From Nemertoderma westbladi (Eukaryota > Animalia > Xenacoelomorpha), in the NCBI GenBank assembly GCA_032718475.1, contig JAUCBJ010005618.1, positions 1 through 49,528 of the forward strand: a stretch of 49,528 nt of DNA, written 5' to 3'. Shown here piece after piece: positions 10,917 through 23,191 of the stretch. How positions within the stretch are numbered: the first letter of the stretch is position 1; every line of letters begins with the position of its first letter. The notes beneath the pieces were generated by a model. The model had not been told where the DNA came from. It did no database searches and worked only from the letters and a program-made list of their open reading frames with translations. The position numbers and the translations under genes are program-made.

Positions 10917-12281
10917 GTGCCAGTTCCCAAGAAGGGCAACCTAACACTCTATGGTTCTTTTCGGGGAATCTCATTGATCTCGATTGCTGCAAAGCTATAC
11001 AATAGGATTCTATTAAATCGCATCAGGGATCCCATTGATAGACTGCTCCGTGGAAATCAGAATGGGTTCCGTAAAGGTCGTGGGACCATGGAGCCCATTT
11101 TGGCACTTAGAAGGATAATTGAAGAATTATCAAAAAAGAAAGACAGGCATCTGGCTGTTATCTTTGTTGACTTCTTCAAGGCCTTTGATTCTTTCTCTCG
11201 CTCACGTATGTTCAGCATACTTTCATTATATGGGGTTCCTGATGAAATTATTGCAGCAATCAGATCAGTATACGATGGTTCGACAACATTTGTGTCTACT
11301 GTTGACGGTGACACAGAACCATTTGAAGTGTTATGGGGCGTCCTCCAAGGAGACACACTTGCACCATTCTTGTTCATTATTGTGGTTGACTATGTTCTAC
11401 GCATGTCCTTAGATCATCATAATGATGATGGGGTGATGATAACTCCACCTACTGGCTCCAGAAGTCGAGGAATTCCTGCCAAGTACCTAGCTGATCTAGA
11501 CTTTGCTGATGACTTAGGAGTACTCTCTGAATCATTAGAGGGAGCCCAACGGCTCCTCAGCTCATTAGAACATGCTGCTTCTAAGGTTGGTCTTTTTATT
11601 AACTCCAGAAAGACCAAAATTCTGACAGTTAACTTTGAAAGTCCTCAGCAAGTCTCTGATCGGATGAGCATAAGCTCAAAGGATGGTATGCTTGAGCATG
11701 TGGACGACTTCTGTTACCTGGGATCATGGATCCGGAAGTCAGGTGAGGACCTTCGAATACGTAAGGGAAAGGCATGGGCAGCCTTGAATAGGCTTTCCAG
11801 GATTTGGAAGTCACCGAGAATTAATCGGAAACTTAAGGTCCGATTATTTAGAGCAGCAGTAGTTCCAGTACTCCTCCACGGGAGTCCATGCTGGGCTCTA
11901 ACTGCTGAGGACACCAAATCTCTGAATGGCACATTCACAAGAATGCTGCGCCGGGTTCATTGTGTCAAGTACAATGCACACATCTCCAACCAGACACTAT
12001 ATAACATTGGAGGTGTCTCATTGGTTCCCCCAAGCTTGACACTAGAACAAAATCGCCTCCGCTTTGCAGGACATTGCTTTCGCCGTGAGGACCAGCCAGT
12101 GCATAATCTTGTACTTTGGCAGCCTCATGGAGTGAATAAGCATGGTGGACAGCCCATGACTTTCTTGAGACGCATCTTAAAGGACACTGGCCTTAAAGAT
12201 GCGGATGATCTAGCAAATGTCATGGGTGATAGGGAGTTGTGGCGGTGCAATTTTGTTGACAAGCCGGCACAGCATTCTTAA
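10917..12281 (+). CDS. RTE reverse transcriptase (partial, no genuine start codon)
   Basis: PKKG.L...RGISL.SIAAKLYNRILLNRI, QNGFR, FVDF.KAFDS, GVLQGDTLAPFLF, LDFADD, YLGSWI, RLRFAGHC. Confidence 0.9.
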   Translation: MPVPKKGNLTLYGSFRGISLISIAAKLYNRILLNRIRDPIDRLLRGNQNGFRKGRGTMEPILALRRIIEELSKKKDRHLAVIFVDFFKAFDSFSRSRMFSILSLYGVPDEIIAAIRSVYDGSTTFVSTVDGDTEPFEVLWGVLQGDTLAPFLFIIVVDYVLRMSLDHHNDDGVMITPPTGSRSRGIPAKYLADLDFADDLGVLSESLEGAQRLLSSLEHAASKVGLFINSRKTKILTVNFESPQQVSDRMSISSKDGMLEHVDDFCYLGSWIRKSGEDLRIRKGKAWAALNRLSRIWKSPRINRKLKVRLFRAAVVPVLLHGSPCWALTAEDTKSLNGTFTRMLRRVHCVKYNAHISNQTLYNIGGVSLVPPSLTLEQNRLRFAGHCFRREDQPVHNLVLWQPHGVNKHGGQPMTFLRRILKDTGLKDADDLANVMGDRELWRCNFVDKPAQHS

Positions 12282-12319
12282 AAATGCAGCTGCAATGCAG
12301 CATGCCGATCCTAGTAGTA
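10921..12319 (+). mobile_element. RTE-clade LINE, 5'-truncated, young, inserted in Academ
   Basis: Uninterrupted RT frame, short 3' UTR ending in (tag)3, and a candidate 6-bp TSD gggtgc (10915-10920, 12320-12325). Confidence 0.92.
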
Positions 12320-13071
12320 GGGTGCTACTTTGGCACCTTTGGGGAACTTTTTATAAGCACTTAACCTAAGTTTCCATAGCAACCGGCACACAAGGTTTTA
12401 TTTTGAGATATCTGCGACCTTGCACCTATTGCCACAGCTCTTGTTAATTATTCTGAATAAGATTTCTAGAAGATTAGTTCCCATAGCAACATTATTAATC
12501 ATAAATTTTGGCCTTTGGGGTGTTTATTAAGATATGTCAACTATTAAACTTTAGATTATTTATGTAACTATTTATAAAAGCAAACAATTATATCATCACT
12601 GGGGGGTTATTAATCAAATTTAGTTTTCATTTAATTAGATGAGTTAGTTTTCTCCTTTCAAATGCAAATTTTGACGTTTATCTATCCAACGATTGCAGAA
12701 AATAGGTACAGTAGATTCAATGTGCCATCATTCTTTACTGCGTACCTATCTGGGTATCGATCCCAAATCTTCTCCATTACTGGTATTACGAATTTAATCA
12801 ATCAGCTAGAAGAGTTGTATGTTTATTAAATTATTTATTTAAAGGGAACATTGCTTTAAACATTGTATTTATTTTTACACTTTGAAGTGGTGCAGGTGCA
12901 TATTGTAGTACATGGTAGAGCGGCTATAGAGCAGCCGCATCGATTGGAAGAACAGGCACTTTCGGACTTGCAATTACAAGATATAGTTTTAAGGATCGAA
13001 ATTGGGGCAATGGATGAGACGCCAGGATCCGGTATCAGTTTGTCATTGATCGCTATCCATCGGTCATTGAT

Positions 13072-13372
13072 GGTTCCACCTTGGTGTAGTGGTTGCATTG
13101 AATTCACATCTCCTGTAGGTTGTGGGTTCGATCCTCACATGGGCCAGGGCAGCTTTCGTTTTGGCACGAATGCTTTAAAGGGACCAGCCATTGCGCATCT
13201 CTGCGTTGCATCCTTAAGTGGTAGCTAAATGAGTACTAGAGTTTCCTCTGTGGAGTAAAGTTCTGGGGGGACCGCACTGGAAATAAGTCGCCAGACTTTG
13301 TGCGTAATCCCTGGCCTAGTGGCCGAAGAAAATTTACTTTTTACTTTACTTTTTATGTTTACTTTACTTTTT
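13072..13372 (+). mobile_element. tRNA-derived SINE inserted in the Academ ORF
   Basis: A box tggtgtagtgg, B box gggttcgatcc and an (acttt)n tail. It splits the Academ protein between FGWI and INDRW. Confidence 0.8.
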
Positions 13373-14075
13373 ATCCAACCAAACTTGTTAACAGCCAACA
13401 GTGGAGGTGCAGGATCATCAGCAGCTCTCCACAAAAGAACTTGAAAACGAGCCCGTTTTACATGTTGTACAACGGCACTCTGTGTGGGGGGAAGGTTGAA
13501 TACTTTAGGGTGTTGCTTCTTTGTAGTGAATAGCCTATATCGAAGTTCATTCAGAGTATCCGATATGCCACCACCATAGAGGTGTATAATGAACGAGAGG
13601 CCTATTTGTAGCCATTCTTCTTCTGTAACATTTGGATCACAGAAAATCTGAAGGGATTCGTGCAACCTACACAGCAATTTGATTGCGTTCTTTTTTCAGT
13701 TCCCATATGGATATGATACTATATTGCAACCAGATAAAGCGTGTAAAGAAAGGAGACCAGCACACCGATTTCTGAGTTGGATAGCAGTGGTGTTGATATT
13801 TATGATTTTCCCATTAAATCTACGTATGGAGAGTTGAACAGTTTGTTGATAGAGCCAGAAGAAGAATACTGCTAGTACGAAAATGTATGTATCATCTGTT
13901 GTTATTTGTATATGTCTGATGTTGTCATTATCAGATAACTTTAACATGTAACTAATAATAGTAACATTAGCTTCTTCATGTTCGAATATATTATTAGAGT
14001 CCCCAACAAGGTTTAATGATTTATGTGTTGTATAATTACACATCAATTGAATAAGATTTTGTTTATTGTTCACAG

Positions 14076-15324
14076 TGTAAAGGCTTTTGCGGATAGAGCT
14101 AGTCATTTTCCCCGCAAAGTACTCTGTATGTGTTTTAGCGGACATAAAAAGCCGTTTTCTTACTGTGTAGGTGTTTTAGTGGACATAAAAAGCCATTTTT
14201 CTGTATGTGTACTTTAGCGGACATAATGAGCCATTTTATGCCGCAATACGCCAAAATACTCTTAATACAGTATAGTTCCGATGACGAAATCTATCAGCTG
14301 ATTTGCTGACGTGTATCTTTCCCTTGTCCTCTGTGCTCTTTGTTCGGCTCAGCCAATCAGAGCGATTTTCATTTTTCTTGGAAAAGAGCTATGTAAACCG
14401 AGCAAGGCTGTGTATTTCAGTAGTTGTGTTTACCTTTTTTCCTGAGCCCAGAAGATCGGCTTTGGAATTATTCTTAGTTTCAGACTTTAGCAAAACATTC
14501 AACGGCTTTGATTATAGGAACGTATAACTGTTATCAAACTGGACAAACCAAATCACATCTCAAACTTACCTGTCATATTGTCAAACCAAATTGTTACGGT
14601 CTTTACTGACTATACGTGCCTTTCACCGCATTATTTTACTGCTATTTACTGTCGGTTATTAATTGTTAGAAGTTGATGGATATGTTGTTATATTTGGAGA
14701 ATATCGATAAATAATGATAAAACCCCAATCTTCTTGATATACTGAAGGTTAGAGAGACCGGTTACCGGTAGCAACTGCGACTTACATTATAGTGGTTTTG
14801 GAGTGAATTAAATGCTATTTCATAGTCCCTACATGTGTCAGTTGCTATTCTCTTTATGTATGATCAAATTCAGTGAAGGTCGGCAGATCAGTGTGCAGCA
14901 GTGTGCGGTAGTGTGCATAAGTGTGACAGATAACAAAGCATTTCCTAAAGAATGCGCTTTATACGAAAATCATTAGCCATCCCGTTGTGTTTAGTGTAAG
15001 TCATAACTCTGTTTACATACTTAGAGCGCCACGTCCTAAAGGAACTGTTAATATTTCCCGAAAGTAAATAATATTTGTCAGAGATTATATATTAACGATC
15101 AATCGAATAGTACAGTAAGTCTACACCGCAATAAGGTCAGAGCCTCCGAATCCAGTCTCCCTTAACAGTGGGTGAATGGTCGCGCATAGGCTGGTTTCGG
15201 CTAGTGTAACTTTATATCTTATATGTAACAAATACTTGTTATAGGCTAAAGTCGATTTACAGTATAAACTAGAAGACACCTAAAATTAGCGGGTTAAACT
15301 GCTAAAGGTCTAAAAGCGCGAACA
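14076..15324. mobile_element. Solo LTR (1249 bp) with 5-bp TSD
   Basis: TGT...ACA ends flanked by cacag at 14071-14075 and 15325-15329. Removing it restores the Academ frame. It has three internal ~40-bp repeats at about 14125-14240. Confidence 0.9.
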
Positions 15325-16961
15325 CACAGACTTCATAATAGTGTCTCTGGAAGGTAGAATTGTTTCTAGTCATAGTTCATATTGTTGATAACTGTTGGAT
15401 TTATTACGCTTTTCCCTTTCTAAAGATTTAATGCTACCTGGAAAGTAACGATCAAATATTATATACGTTTTATGATGGTGTTCAGCTACTGTATCTGTAT
15501 ATTTGCTGCAGTAGGCATCACAAAAAGCGGCTACAGATAACTTCTTGGTCCAATTAATATGGTATAGCGAAGCATTTCCACCAACTAGTTCCAAATCAAC
15601 AGGGGGGAGTGGGTTGGCCCCATTTACTGCCAGAGAAACCAAATCAGTTTTCTTTCCGGAACGTAATTCACCATACTCATTGACTAGTGATGGAGGTTAT
15701 GGGCATAGTTCATAGCTAAACAATTCTAACAAATCAATATTGCGTTTCTGTGAGACAATCAGAAGTCTTGCGTATAATCACTCCATATCATAGGTCTTGC
15801 AACCATGTTTGCCACGTGTGGGTTTCAAATCCATAGTTAAAATATAAGTGTTATTATCTGGTAGAAACCATTTGGGAGAGTTGATTTGAATGCCCTTGCC
15901 GACTCCAACCCCAACTTTACGGCATTATCGACATTGACTTCTGGTGGAGCTATACGACCATTCACAATATTGATCAACTCATTAGTTATCATTAAAGCCA
16001 AATGGATCCCTGCACTATTTTAATGTTCGAAGTATACTGATTCTATCACCGGCATCAAGATGCCGCCGCTTAGTGCCTTCCTCTTTATGTCGTCTTAAAT
16101 CACCTTCATGATTTTAATCATCATCCACTAACCCAGAATCAAACATGTTATCCACACCCAAGGCAAACATATTGCATATGTGGTGGGATAACACGCTAAG
16201 GGTCGACTGTTGTTCTTGGGACAGAGTTATCCCCTTCAATCCACCAAGTGACTTCCCCTTTCTTATGTTTTTACTTTTTGCTTATTCTGGAATATTTTAG
16301 AAATTTCAATTTAGCTAAATTCATTTTCAACACAACTAAAACTGCTACCAACCATAAAAAAATACAAGCTATGTAAAATACAAAACAAGTTACATAATAT
16401 TATTTTTTGATTTTATGAATAAATGTGCCGCTGTGTGCTACCATAAAAAATACTAGCTATGTCAATTTCAATAAATAAGACTAATGACCAATAAAGTGTG
16501 TGTGTAAACCAAGTCAAATTACGAGGCGGTAGGCAATATATAAACAAAGCGGTTAACGAAATGGCAGTGATAACGAGCATAGGCGTAGGCCTACATACCG
16601 TTAAAAGATTTGCAAAATATGGGTAATCAAAGCTTTCATATCATAGCTAAGTATACTGCAATAACAGTATATTCAGATCTAAACATATACAGATATACGT
16701 AGTTGTTTATCTCAGTTCTAGAACACTTAATTGAATTACGCCAGTAACAAACGTTTATAATTTAATGTAATTTTTGGAATAGGTCCACTAATTTGTACTT
16801 GTATTCTATGCTGTAAAAAAAATTCCTCAAGGTATCCCAACTGGCACCCTGTGAATATTTACATTATTATTATCAGGGAAGACATTGAGAAAATAAAATT
16901 GCGCGATGACCCAAGTTTACGGTCCTCCCTTGAGCTCTATTGAGCGTCTACTGGACTATAC

Positions 16962-17860
16962 TGTATATGCATTACAACTATGGAAACATATGCAAAATGC
17001 TTGAATGCTAGAGTGGAAATATTGACATATTCCCTCACGTCTCCGGATATTAGCACGTTTCCTTGTTCAACATCGAACATTTGAAGGGGAGAGCAATTAT
17101 GAGAGTCAGCAAGAGAGGTGAAACAGCTTCTGCATTCTTTGAAGTTTCGCATTGTAATCTTAACTAGTGCTCCAGCGAGGTGGTAGATTGTATTGGCATC
17201 GGCAGATGTTTTGCGTGGTGGATAAATGTGGTTGATTAATAAAATCTCTTCTGCAATATTATTCGATGTTTGCGCACTGTCTGTTCTTATACATTGTGTA
17301 GTTGAGCTCAAGATTTGTTTCATTTATGACGTCGTAATATCAGAATGGATGATAAGAGAGAGTGCAGCTCTAACTTTCCTCTCATTTTGGTACAATTGTT
17401 TACATGGATGGTAAAAATTACCGCTATTCATTTGTCTGAAACGTCCTAAGCGGAGCTCTAGGGGATCTTGCAACATCTTACGTAAGAACATAAGTTTTTT
17501 TTTTTTTTAAACTGCGCCCCCACGTCAAAGAACATAATTAAACTTTAATTCATCCAGACAGTACCTTACTACATTGAATAAAGCATTCGTGGTAAGAATA
17601 AGGGCGTCGAAAGTTTAATTTGTAAGGGTGCTATTAGATTTTTTATCTATTTCGCTAGAGGTCCTCCATGTAGTGAGGGACCTTGAAACATTGCCGAGAA
17701 AATTAAGTCGAGTTTTAGTCGAATAATATTGGATATTTGGAGGGATTGCGTTTCCGGGAACCTGCTGTTGTTGTATCAACATTCACTATATTCCAATACT
17801 TCACAATGAATGATACGAAATCTGCAGTAACTTTGAAGTCAAATACATCACATTGTTGTT
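16962..17860 (-). pseudogene. P-element/THAP9-type transposase relic (C-terminal half)
   Basis: Minus translation TADFVSFIVKYWNIVNV...RKRN, then LQDPLELRLGRFRQMNSGN...NERKVR (catalytic E region), then IYHLAGALV...C..C. Contains stops and frameshifts. Confidence 0.8.
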
Positions 17861-18410
17861 GGCAAAGCTAAATATAATTTTAAAAAATACTAGCTAGTAC
17901 AAAAATACTAGCTACCATGTCTCCAAAACGTAACTGTTTTATGTAAAAAAATCTTTTTGTAAAGAAATAAATGATATTGAGAATTTTGAAAAAAAGCTAT
18001 TTTTATAGAAATGTTCTAGAACAAAAAATATTTGTTCTAGAACAAAGTTTTTTAGTTAAATAGCTAACAAATTCTAGAACATTTATAACAAGTAGCAAAA
18101 ACTAGCTAATATAAAAAATGTGGCATGGTAGGTATAGGTACGCCTATCGAAACAGTACCCACTGTACAGTATATCGTAATTACTGATCTGAACTATAAAG
18201 GTCATGTCGCATACTCACACTCACATTATTATGTAGCTGCACTATGTGAGGAAATACAATAAATAGCTAATTATTATTGAATTCGGATATTATGGTTGCT
18301 TTTTTTGTCTACTAATTTACCTCAGCAATCAGTCAATAATATACTCATCAATTTTATAGGGAATGTATAAAAGATGAAACAATAATAATTGATTTAAGCA
18401 AACGTCTCAA

Positions 18411-19608
18411 CCCTATTACAGTAGTACCGGGCTATAAAATGTTGTACAAATACCGGGGGGGGGGGGGGTCATATTGACCCCCCCCTCCCCCCCCCCCCCC
18501 CCCTCTAAAATCTAAATATTTTTACAAAAACGTCTGATTTTTTGTTTGTACGTAGGTATCAGTAGTCTGGATCCGACCGAAAAAAAAATTTTCGAAAAAA
18601 TGTACTAGGGTGATTATATTGCAGCACCAAAATTACATGTAGTGCACAATTTTCACAAAATTTAAAAGTTACATTTTTCGGCTAATTGTTTTTCAATACA
18701 GGTTTTCTGGGGCGCAAAATACATTGGAAAATATTTAAAAATGATATGATTACTATAAATGGCTGTTTAGTCCTCTCTGCGTAGGAAACAATTATGAAAT
18801 TTTTACTGATTCCATTGAATTCAGAACCCTCACAAACCCGTATAACGCAAGAACAAGGTGACACAATCAATTGATATATTTGATAATTTTCGAAATTTGG
18901 TGCTAGCACCACATTTTGCACCCACTTCCGAAAAATACAAGTTTGAGATGCCTAGTTCGATAATTATATATTCCATTGAATTCAGAACAGCCATAAACCT
19001 CTAAAACGCAAGAAATAAAATGTCACAATCAATTTTATCTATTGAATAGATTTTCAAAATTTCGTGCTAGCACCAAAAATTGCACACAGCACCGAAAAAT
19101 ACAAGTTTGATACGCTTGGTGCAATCGTATATATTTCATCGAATCCAGAACCCCAAAAAACCCAAATTGCGTAAAAAACAAGTTTCAAACGATCAATTTA
19201 CAAAATTGACTTATTTCAAAATTTGGTGCTGGCACCAAAATTTGGCACCCACCGAAAAAAACAAGTTTGAAATTTCTAAATCAATTTATATGAATTCCAT
19301 CAAATTTCTAACACCAAAAAACCGGTGTAAATTAAAAATAGAGATGTTACAATTCATATTTAATGAAATGTAATTTTCAAAAAACGTGTCAAAAAAAGTG
19401 CCAAATGTAGGGTTAAAAAATGGCGCTATAACTCGAAAACTACCAAATATTTTTAAAAACGGTTTTCACTACTAGGAAGACAATAGATTTTTAGGAAAAG
19501 TCATAACATTTCAGATTCCCAACTGCGTTTGTTTCAGAATTATAATAAAAAAACCACGGGGGGGAGGGGGGTCATATTGACCCCCCCCCCCCCCCGGGTT
19601 TAATAGGG
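18411..19608. mobile_element. piggyBac-type non-autonomous element
   Basis: Ends ccctatta...taataggg, flanked by tcaa and ttaa (TTAA site, left copy mutated). Subterminal (G)n-tcatattga-(C)n palindromes at both ends. About 3.3 internal ~162-bp repeats (starts 18810, 18971, 19134, 19295). Confidence 0.8.
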
Positions 19609-19819
19609 TTAATAAGTATTAATAAATAATCAATATTATATTACATTATACTACCACTAACTACTACTACTACTACTAGATCGAGCGAACTCGGACATAA
19701 TTATATTATACAGTATATATATTATATTATACACAGTATATATATAATATTATTGGCTAATTTAATTTATAGTTATTTTATAAAGGGACTGTTTACAAAC
19801 CACAATAAAGTTTGTAGAG

Positions 19820-20480
19820 TTTACAACTCTTCCTGATTTTCACATAGTAGTCTCTAATTGGGATCCCTGATGCGATTTAATGGAATTATATGGTATAGCT
19901 TTGCAGCAATAGAGAGAGACATAGATCAAAGAGATTCCGCAAAAAAATTAATGTTAGGTTGCTCTTCATGGAAACTGGTACCAACTTATTGTTTGAATTT
20001 CTTGTGGGACTCTCTTGGTTCTATACATGTTAATTATGATGGGTGAATGAGCTGCGAAATAAAGTTAAAGATTTCAGAGAGAATGTAATCTACTCCACGG
20101 GCACAATTGGTCTTACTGATCTTTGCAACAGCCTTGACTTCAGCAAAGGATATGTTACAAATGGGTATATCTGGGAGTAAGGACTCAGTCACTTTATGTT
20201 CAATAAAGATATCAGGTAATACCCTGTCATTATTTAGGAGCTCTCTAAAGTGAGCCTTTCAACCACTGAGGCATACAGCTGGCGATTCTTTCTGCCTTAA
20301 CCTTGGTGGTTAGTAGACTGTTCATACAATTCAGAAAAAAATGATTGATTTCCATGCCTGGACTGATTGCCTGATGTTATCGGCATCAATGATGGCATCA
20401 ACCTACAGATTGATAAGCTCTTGTAGATTATCAGAGATTACTGCCTCTTCAGGTACCTAGAGGCAGACTAACTGCATTCT
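19820..20480 (-). mobile_element. Old RTE relic related to the 10921-12319 family
   Basis: Minus strand SIAAKLYHIIPLNRIRDP with nucleotide similarity to 10920-11075, and upstream FAEVKAVAKISKTNCARGVDYILSEIF. Confidence 0.75.
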
Positions 20481-20739
20481 TGGCCACTGCATTATGTTTG
20501 AACCGGGATTATACAAGAACTGTTTCTGTATACATTTGCCCAAGAGATAATTTTTTCACTTGCGACCAACTTAAGCCACTGACTGGTTCTAACACACCGC
20601 GGTCTCTCTGGTTCGTTTGACTGAAACCTAAATTTAACTGAAATGCAAATTTTAATGAGTGTAACAAACCAATCCCGTATGAGACTTGAACATTTTCTGT
20701 TGGCAAACAATAAATTTAATGTTTATATTAAATGTAATA

Positions 20740-23075
20740 TTTTTTTTTTTTATTGTAATTTATTTTAATAAATAAATTTATATTAACATTAATTGAGCGT
20801 TTAAAACTACAGTTCACCAAAATCAACCGATAACTGACAATAAGTAAACCGGGATATACAATATTAAATAACAGTCTTGCCCATTCCCCCCGAAGAACGA
20901 CAACAATAGCAAACCCCTCCCCCCCTAGTACATGTCCTGGTCTATCCCCCGGATCCCCGCCCCACCCCCAACACGAGACCCCGCCAAGGCGTCCTCCCAC
21001 CCCTCAGGCACAGAGAAGTCGCCCGAAGGAGACCAAACTGCAGCCATCGGCTCAACGCACCAAGCACCACCCACAACCCACGCTGCCTCAAGCCGACCTG
21101 CTTAGACTGCAGATTCTCAGCAATCCGGTTAACAGTTCAACGCTATTCCAAAGGGAGTGCAGCCAGGGAGGACTCGAAGGTGGCTTTGAAGGTGGTGTCT
21201 TGTGCCTGTTGGCAGTAAGTGAGGGCCACCTTGAGGCAGGCAGCGTGGTCTGCAACATGAAGTTCCCCTCCAGTCTTAATAGCGTCCACTACCTTCACTG
21301 TGCCAGAAATCGATGCGAGGTGGATGGGTCCAGATCGCATGATGGGATCCCGGATACCCACACCACCATGACGGACAGGGAGAAGGAGAAGGGGCTCGAG
21401 TGTTGGTCCGGGAGTAGTCCCAAATAGTGCCGGTAAGTAGAGGTCAACAATGGATGTCCGGACGGGGGTGAGTTCGGCCTCTTATGGGTTACACACTCGG
21501 AGGACATAGTCCCACTCACTCTGCAAACATCGACTCATTGCTGAGTGTGCAGTCTGAGGAAACTATGTGGCAACGTTCGAAAGAACCTCTATCGAGTTTG
21601 TCCAGCCCTTCACCTTTTCAGAGACGAATTTCTTCTTACCGGCGGCATCACCAACGTAGCCACCAAGAAAGTGATGGTCGTAAACAATGCTGACTCCATC
21701 AGAGCCAAACAACTCATGAGCGGTGTCTTCCATTCCATGCTTTATGACAAGCTGACTCTTGGTTGGCTCGGGTGAATAGCCAATGGATGGACCTATCTGC
21801 TGAAGCTTCGTCCACCAACGGTGTACAGCCGCTATTCTGCCTACTGCCGATGCATCATCGGCATACCAGCACTGGCAGCGGTCTGTCATCGACGCAGATA
21901 TTGTATATGGTGTAGAAGTCAGCGTCGTTCTGGTCATTGGAGCGAGAGTAGAAGTTGGTGTCGTTGCGGTTGTTGGAGTCAGAGTAGAAGTTGACATGGT
22001 TGTCAGAGCCGGAGTAGAAGTCTGCAGCATCACGGATGTCAGAGCTGGAGTAGAAGTCAGCGTCATTGCGGTTGGTGGAGCCGGGGTAGAAGTTGGATAT
22101 GTAACGGAAGACGTCGGCATTGTCACGGATGTTGGAGTAGAAGTAATCGTTTCAGAAACTAATGTCGAATCGCCTGGCACATTACAAAGGGCCCAAATCA
22201 GTGGTAGAGTGGTGCACCTGTATCCGCCCATGGCCATTGGATCATCCTGGGTGTAGCCCTCTTTGCTCCTTATGGGTTGGTTGTCACCATGGAGATAGAG
22301 GGCTTCATGGCCGTTATAGGCCATTAACACCTGTACATAGCTGATCCGCTCCACACATCTGACTTATATCGGACTTGGTGGCCAACACCATGCAGTTAGC
22401 AAGAAGTCTATATGGGACCTCCTCAATCCCTATGGGTCGCACCCCAGGTTCCTTGTCAAGAGCGATTTCCCCCCAGGGTACTACAGAATTCGCCAAATGA
22501 CGAGCAAGGGCCATGAAGGCCTCCCGAAGCCTACTACTGTGGGTATTGTAGCGGGTTAGCAAAGCTTGCCAGAACTCCGCATCACCACCCACTGGTCCGG
22601 CGCTACCCTGAAGAGACTGAGCAACTTTGAGGACGACCTGAGCAGTGATGTCAACTTCCTCAAAGGGTGGGAGTCCATCCTCTGGAGTAATAAAGATATC
22701 TCAGGGAGGTGAGGATGGTATAGGATGCTTTGACTCAAGGACCTGGCGAACTGAAAAACCTTCGGAGTAGCCCTCAGCCTGAGAGTTGAGGTCTAGGACC
22801 CCTCCTCCATCCCTATCAGTAACCCCTCGGAGTGCGGCCTAGTTCTGTCTCGCCAGTACCTTCCGGTTGATAATGCGGATGGCATTATCTGTGGTGGATT
22901 TCTTAGAGCGTTCCAGCGTTGCATCGTTCTGCCTCCTGAATCAGCTATTCGTATTCACCGCGCTCCCACATACCGAAGCGGTGCGCCGAATGTCAGGCCC
23001 CTTGTAAACCCCAGGATCTCGCTGAAACATGGAGGCAGCAAAACAAAGAAAACGTTCTGATGGGTGGATTCCTCA
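20740..23075 (-). mobile_element. CRE-clade non-LTR retrotransposon, decayed and internally deleted
   Basis: ALDKEPGVRPIGI.EV, DQLC.G, EG.TQ.DPMAM, QCWYADDASA.G, GPSIGY.PEP.KS, FLGGYVG, C-terminal LLRATSLCLRG.R, and a poly(A) tail at about 20740-20752. Confidence 0.85.
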
Positions 23076-23191
23076 GTTTATGAATTTATTACTCCTGTTA
23101 ATATGTTTTAAATGTAATATTAATATTGAAGTCCCAATAATAACTATTTCCAGTGTGACCATTATAATAATCATATATTTAATTAACTTAC

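Larger units (their letters stand above)
12856..16265 (-). pseudogene. Academ transposase C-terminal part with XPG-like nuclease and Cys-rich finger
   Basis: ORF pieces 15370-15642, 13696-14070, 13375-13677 and 12856-13070 join once the solo LTR and the SINE are removed (for example IMKSV|NNKQNLIQL). Confidence 0.8.
10804..16958 (-). mobile_element. AcademX DNA transposon, internally deleted and decayed
   Basis: 5'-TAG...CTA-3' ends with imperfect TIRs (tagtcaggtagac..accgtaactttgggtcatcacgcatttttattt versus its complement at about 16890-16958) and a 3-bp TSD TAC (10801-10803, 16959-16961). ORF pieces carry GGLKGITL, INIVNG, FDRY..SIKSLER, XPG/PIN-like motifs HEEA, DDT, HALSGC, then LPPT..H..RA and a C-terminal Cys-rich CNCK..C..C.C..C.C finger. 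Confidence 0.88.

Noticed and set aside
13072-13150. tRNA gene
   Set aside because: A and B boxes are present, but there is no full cloverleaf and it runs into a SINE body and simple-repeat tail. The same applies to 40840-40900.
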